Shown in pieces: positions 57,381 through 64,000 of a stretch of 64,000 nucleotides of DNA. Numbering within the stretch: the stretch's first letter is position 1; each line of letters starts with the position of its first letter. Location: assembly GCF_009914755.1 (NCBI RefSeq), contig NC_060936.1; one strand, given 5' to 3'. The stretch is from the human T2T-CHM13v2.0 reference genome, Homo sapiens. The notes below the pieces were generated by a model. That model was not told where the DNA came from, made no database searches, and saw only the letters and a list, made by a program, of their open reading frames with translations. The translations under genes and the position numbers were made by a program.

Positions 57381-59230
57381 TGGATGCTAGGAAGGCACAT
57401 AACAAATATACATTATAAACCCATTGCTGGATTTCACCGGATTTGGATCAGACCCTGTCTGTCTTCCTATGGGAGATCATATAGTACAATGCTTAGAACA
57501 CTGGATTTTCAGTGGGATAACTGCTTGCAACAAAGAAAGTAAAAGACAAATTGAAACACTGGCTTTGGCATCAAAGTGACATGGTCAAGTCCTGGTTGTG
57601 TCATTGGTTGAGTCTGTGACCTTGAGCAAGTTATCTGTTTTTTCATCTGTAAATGGGGGTATCTACCTAAAAGGTTATGCTGAGGAGTAAATGAAGCAAT
57701 GCACTTGGCACTTAATATAGGTTGACTTCATTCAACAGATATTTATTGAGTGTCTACTGTGTGCTCTGCTCTTAGTGCCTGGCTTAGAGCCCTGAATAAC
57801 TAGACATATCCCTGCCTGCGTGGAGCATACAATGATGATAAATGTTTTCTATAGATGAGGAAGAAGCTCAGGGTGCCCAGCGAATGTAATCTGACCTATC
57901 CAAGAGGAGAAGCTCTGAGGCTTTCTTGAGGAAGTAACATCTGAGCTGAATTCCAAAGAATGAAAAAAGAATATTTCAGTCAACTAGAATAGCTCGTGCC
58001 ACAGCCAAGTGAAAGGAGGAAACACACTATATTCAAGGAAATGAAAGAAACCAGACAGGGCTGGGCACCAGAGCCTCAAGGGCAGATTCTAGGATGGTTA
58101 CTATTTCCATCAGTTTCTTCCTAAATCTTGTTAAGACCCTGGGACAATGAGCCAAATGCTTATTTTAATGGCTGACACACACACACACACACAAAGGTAC
58201 ATTAAAATATCTTATATTCTGAAACATTTTTTATTCCCAAGTGTTCTAATATTCAAATTGTTTCATCTGAATTCCTACATAGTTCAAACTTGAATAGAAA
58301 GTAAAGCAGACATTGCCTAATAGTTCCTTTTGTACTCTTGATCGTACCATAAGCCTTCCCCTTTCGTCTTGGTTTAGAAAACACAGAACTTAACATAACT
58401 GAAATTCTTGTTTATCTGTTAAAGTAATTAAAAGTCTGATGAATCATAGCAAACCAGTACCAACAAAAGCAAAAAGGCAAACTGTTCAGTATCACTTTAA
58501 CTCTCTCAATATTTAAAACCAGAAGCATTAGGCTACATTAAAAAATAAAAAGAATTCCCTGTTGAACTGTGGAGCCACTGGTTAATCCCAGTGCCAGAGA
58601 AACGGAGCAGAGGTCACCTGAACAAAGGGCAAAGTAAATAATGAACCAGCAATGTGCAAGGTATTATTTTGTTTCTAAAGGAAACCATCTTGGGAACCTG
58701 CAGAGAACTACATGGTAACATATATGTGAACTAGGAAAATTACCATTCAGAATTTACCGTTTTTTGTTTTGTTGTTTTTTGAGACACGGTCTCCCTCTGT
58801 GGCCCAGGCTGTAATGAGGTGGTGTGATCATGGCTCACTGCAGCTTCAATCTCCCAGGCCCAAGTGATCATCCTGCCTCAGGCTCCTAAGTAGCTGGGAC
58901 CACAGGCATGCACCAGCACACCTGGTTAATTTTTTTATTTTTAGTAGAGATAGGGTCTCACCGTGTTGCCCAGGCTGGTCTCAAACACCTAGGCTTAAGT
59001 GATCCTCCCTCCTCAGCCTTCCAAAGTTCTGGGATTACAGGCATTAGCCACCACACCCAGCCCCAGAATTTAACATTCTTAAAAGTAAAAAGCATGATAG
59101 TCTTACTTGAGGCTGCATGTTTCTCAATCTTTAAACATGTATCTGACACTGCCGGGCACAGTGGCTCGTGCCTGTAATCCCTGCACTTTGGGAGGCCAAG
59201 GTGGGCAGATTACCTGAGGTCAAGAGTTCA

Positions 59231-59456
<226 letters not shown>

Positions 59457-60401
59457 TCACACTGATGTCAATCTTCTCTTTGGAATAATCCTTTTATTCC
59501 ATGTCCCAAATATCTAATAATTTCCATTTCTTAAGTATCTTCTTTATGCAAGGCACTATTTATTTATAGAGACAGGATCTTGCTATGTTGCCCAGGCTGG
59601 TCTCAAACTCCTGGGCTCAAGCAATTCTCAAGTCTCAGCCTCCCAAAGTGCTGTGATTACAGGCATGAGCTATCACACTCAGCTGGCATTAACTTTTTAA
59701 ACAATTATTTCACATAGTACTTATAACTCTACAAGACAGGGATAATTATCCCCATTTGACAAATGAGAAAACAGATTTGCATATTTCTTGTCCAAGGCCA
59801 TGAAGTGAGTGTCCACACCAGTGTTCCCATGCAGTTTGCCTGACTCAGAAGCCCAGGCCTCCCCCACTACACTGTATAGCTTCCCAAGATCATCTTCTGA
59901 GTCCAAGATCTCCATATTTGTCTCTTCTCTCCTCCACCATTTCACTGTGATGGTCTCCTGAGACTCATTTGTTCTGTATTATTCTATGTTCAATCCCTTG
60001 ACCCTTTCTTCCACTCTTAGGTCATGAAAAATCACCTGTGTGAAGATTCCTAAACCTCATACTTTTGCCAATCCTTTGATATTTAGAATTTAACACAGCA
60101 AAACCAGAATACACTGTCTCCTTTCCTAAATAAATAACACTGTCTAACTTCTCTACTACCTATGATTATTTCTGTATTATTTAAGGATCAGATAAAGTGA
60201 TGCCCCTTCTACAAAGCATTCTCTGGCTATTTCAAGAAACTTCCTCTTTGAGAAATCTCTTATCACTAACACCCAGAGGTATGATTTCACACCAGCAATT
60301 TCTTCTTTGTTTCTTCTACATGTCAGACACATTGCTTATTACATAGCACGTGCTCAAAAAGTATTTACTGATTAAATCATCATAAGTACTGCCTGTTCTT
60401 C

Positions 60402-61933
60402 TGACAAGGATTTTTTTGGTGCTGCTTTGCCAGACGCAGACCTCCATGGCTAGTGACACCCCTGCCCAGGGCCTTACTCCACCCTGGGCTTGCCGCAGGA
60501 GACACCTGACCCCCTAAACCCAGCAGGGCTGCACTTGGCTTGTGCTCTGGCTCAGATCCTGCAACTTTCTGTGGGATCTGTACTCAGCCTGCAGCTGGGC
60601 CAGGTATGCCAAGACCTGCCTCCAGCTTGGGCGTGGCATCTGGACGAGGGGAATGTGGTGACATCACAAAAACTTGGAGGCACCATTGACCCCGAAGCCT
60701 CAAAGTGGTGTTACAGCATGTCACAGCCCTGGCTTGGGGAGCCCTTAGATCTGGACTCCCAGAAGGGCCGCAGCTTTTCTTTCCTTCTCATCGCCTGCAA
60801 CGTGACGAGCAGGAAGGGTTGCAGAAGGGTGGTGTGTGCTTCAGTCCATTTGTGTTGCAGCTCTTTCAGTCCCACCATTCGGCGGGTCCCTCGGTGGGTC
60901 CCAAGTTCTTGTTCCGTGTCCTGGAACAATGAGGTACATAGACACTGGAGGGTGAAGAAGGCAGAAGAGAGCTTCACTGAGCCACAGAACAGCTCTCAGG
61001 AGACCTGAAGTGGGTAACTCCTTTCTGCAGGCAGGACATCCCATCAAGCATGCAGCCCTCAGCAGAGAGGAGACCCAGAGTGGGTAGCTGCTATCTGCAG
61101 GCAGGTTGTCTCATTGAGTGTGTGAGTCTGGCTGAGTCTGGGGACTTTATGTGCTCAGAATGGAGGAAGTGCATGCTGATGGGTCCATGGGCAGCCATGC
61201 ATGGGCCTGGGAAAAGCATTATCTGATTGGCCAAACGGTCATCAATGAAATTCTCACTCTGAGTTGTGGACTGTACCTGGAACTGGCAGCCTGGCCCCCC
61301 AACCTTCTGGCCATCCCTGACTTGAAGATGGGGTTTCACTGGGTACCTGCCCCTTCCAGCCTAGGAAACTGAACTTCCTCCCTCCGCCATCAATATGCCC
61401 TCCACAGCGCCCAGGCTGTCTGTGCCAAGGGGTGCCTGCAGGCCCCTTCCAAGCTTCCCTCTGCACCCCTCCACCCCCCCACCCCCCTACACACCCCTCG
61501 GTGTCCAAAGTCTGGAAGGGGCCCAGGTGGCAGAGGGCTGGCAGGAGGCTGGCGTGTCAGCACCGCCCTGAGTGCATGCACCCCCTGCTAGGTTGTGACA
61601 GTGCTGGAGCTTGGGGCTACAACTTTGTTCCACACCAGAGCGAGTACTGGGAGTGGGTAGAGGCCAGGGAGCAGGCACTTCCAAGCCTGTTGGGGAAGGG
61701 GGTTTCCCAGACTTCCAAGAGCACAGGGATGCCCAGGTCCAGAACCGTGGCTGGCCAGCTGCAGCTGTGCCCAGGAGTGCAGGGCTGGTGCCCCACCAAC
61801 TCAGTAGGGCACAGGGCTCCTTCCTGTTCCCAGCCCCTGTGGACTCTACAGAGTGTGCAGCCCTGGCCATGCCTCCCCTACTGTAGCTGGCATCCTTGTA
61901 GCAGCCGCTCCAGATGGCCCGCTACAACCATCA
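60402..61933 (-). mobile_element. MER52-family long GC-rich solo LTR
   Basis: Minus strand starts TGATGGTTGTAGCGGGCCATCTGGAGCGGCTGCT and ends ttgtCA; perfect TSD CTTC (60398-60401, 61934-61937). Confidence 0.85.
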
Positions 61934-63187
61934 CTTCTACATACCTCTCATTTGTCCCTTCCACTCCATTTCCACAGCTATCACCATCACCTTAGTTTGA
62001 GAACTAGTGCCTGGATAACTATTTGTATAAGTTGACCAGGGATGGCTGGAATGACAAACCATTTGTGTGAGAACTTGCCAGTTATTGCCTAGTTACTCAA
62101 AGGATATGACAGGAAAGTAGGGAAGACACTAAGTCTAGATAAAACAGTAGAAAAACACTCCTTTTGCAACTGACTCAATCTTCCTTGCCCTTCTTTGTCC
62201 AATTCACCCCACTAACATAGCATGGCAAAAAGAGAAGCTTAGCAAGCAATTTTCCTGGGGTACAAAGAAGTGGCTTCCTAGATAAGCACCAATATCTGAT
62301 CTAAAGCATAGTGTCTAATACCTAACAATGCTACATGTTGGTCTCCATACCTCCACACCTTCACTCCTCCTGTCTTCCTACTCACCATTTCCAGAATGAG
62401 GACAATCTTTCTTAACAGTTTATTTGTATTTATTTATTTTGAGACGGAGTCTTGCTCTGTCACCCAGGGTAGAATGCAGTGGTGCGATCTTGGCTCACTG
62501 CAACTTCTACCTCCCAAGTTGAAGCAATTCTCCTGCCTCAGTCTCCTGGGTATCTGGAATTACAGGCATCTGCCACCACACCCAGCTAATTTTTGTATTT
62601 TTAGTAAAGACGGGGTTTTGCCATGTTAGCCAGGCTGGTCTCCAAAACCTGGCCTCAAGTGATCTGCCTACCTCGGCCTCCCTAAGTGCTGGGATTAGAG
62701 GCATGAGCCACTGCACCTGGCCTGAAGTAACAGTTTAATTTGGCTATTCTCACAACTCAAAATTATGAAAGTACCTACTAATGATAAAATCGAATTTAAG
62801 CCGCTCATCTCTGTATTTAGGGCTGTCAGTGCTGCCTCGACACTTTTACCTGCTTTGTGGTGCAGTGGAAAACCATGAGGTTTGGAGTCAGAATATTTGA
62901 ATCCAGATCTCATCACTGCATCTAATATCATTATTAACTTAGTAAAAGAGGATACCACCACCTACATCTCCCAGGATTCTTATGAGGATGAAATGAGATA
63001 AACACAAAAGGTGCTTCATAAACCATAAAACTGCCAGTGTTGAGCACTGGAACTTCTCCACACAGTCTCTCACTCTGGTCAAGGCCTGCTTCCTTAAGCA
63101 TTTGTAAGAGGAACAGAATGTTTATTTTTCTATCAGAAAAGATATTTTACTTCTATAAATGTAGCCTTGAAATTCCAATCATCTGGA

Positions 63188-63299
63188 TTTTTTTTTTTTT
63201 TTAGCCTAGTCAATTGAAGCAGTGGGAGTGGAGGAGGAACAAAAATCTATAACTGGCTGTGATCAGTTCACTGTAAACACCACTGCACTCAAACCAACC
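63188..63299 (-). pseudogene. Y3 RNA (RNY3) processed pseudogene
   Basis: Minus strand GGTTGGTTTGAGTGCAGTGGTGTTTACAG...TTCCTCCTCCACTCCCACTGCTTCAATTGACTAGGCT resembles hY3; poly(A) 63188-63202; TSD catctggatt (63180-63189, 63300-63309). Confidence 0.9.
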
Positions 63300-64000
63300 C
63301 ATCTGGATTATTATACATTATAATGTTTTCTGAAGATTTGGTATATTTTAAAGGCTTCTGTCGTAAAAAAAATAGTTTGCAAAATTCTTATTTTTGTACC
63401 TAACAAAAAGTTCAGCACCCTCATGAGAAGCACTTGCTTCAATTGCTACAAAAAAGTTCCAGACAGACTGCTTGTGGATATAAACATGGTTTTCTAAATC
63501 TCTCTAATCTTGGCTCCCATCTTATCTGTCAAGCTAAGCAGGTAGTATTAGAACTATAAAAGAAACACCATCTAATTAATTCTATCTTGCCTATCAGGTT
63601 ATGGGAACAGATTACTAAATCTAATCCCAGAGGAAGAGCTTCTTTGATCTTATTGTCCACTGAAGTTTAGAAATAAATCTAAAATCCTTCCTAAAAAAGC
63701 AAAGGCTTGGCCAGGTTTAATGGCTCACACCTGAAAACCCAGCAGTATGGGAGGCCAAGGTGAGAAGATCACATGGTGCCCAGAAGATTAAGACCTAACT
63801 GGGCAACACGGTGAGATCTCATCTCTACAAAAAATTGTTTTCAAAAATTAGCCGGGTCTAGTGGCACATGTCCATAGTCTCGCTACTCAGGAGGCTGAGG
63901 TGGGAGGCTTGCTTGAACTTGGTAAGTCGAGGCTGCAGTGAGCCGTGATTGCACCACTGCAATCCAGCCTGGGCGACAGAGTGAGACCCCATCTCAAAAA

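Noticed and set aside
60490-61995. Several 120-187 aa ORFs
   Set aside because: All lie within the GC-rich MER52 LTR, where stop codons are scarce; no domain features.
63188-63299. Functional Y RNA gene
   Set aside because: Has a poly(A) tail, a TSD and multiple substitutions, with no evident upstream Pol III promoter; a common retrocopy.

Overview
Primate (very probably human, chr12q13 region) genomic DNA, mostly interspersed repeats; no prokaryotic features and no CRISPR. On the + strand it holds the last two coding exons and 3' end of the trypsin-like protease gene TMPRSS12 (8505-8647, 10521-10772) and the complete two-exon thiol methyltransferase gene METTL7A/TMT1A (48310-48807, 53190-53426), whose long 3'UTR is rich in inverted Alus. 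Between them lies a full-length but defective HERV-W (HERV17/LTR17) provirus on the - strand (25744-36635, 4-bp TSD CAAG). It sits in an old L1 5'UTR, has a tRNA-Arg-type PBS and carries a MER11 LTR inside its 5' LTR. A second, degenerate ERV1 (HUERS-P3/MER4-group-like) follows on the + strand with nested LTR8, LTR9 and Alus. There are also several solo LTRs, a Y3 RNA retrocopy, about 45 Alus and many old L1 fragments. Most notable oddities: (1) the nested LTR8 looks strand-specifically A-to-G hypermutated, an ADAR-like fossil; (2) two tiny polyadenylated retrocopies consisting only of an LTR R region; (3) the env 5' ORF still encodes a signal peptide plus the whole syncytin-type receptor-binding domain; (4) a ~170-bp locally templated insertion with a perfect 15-bp target duplication. 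Repeat family names come from recalled consensus sequences, not a database search; repeat boundaries without a stated TSD are approximate.
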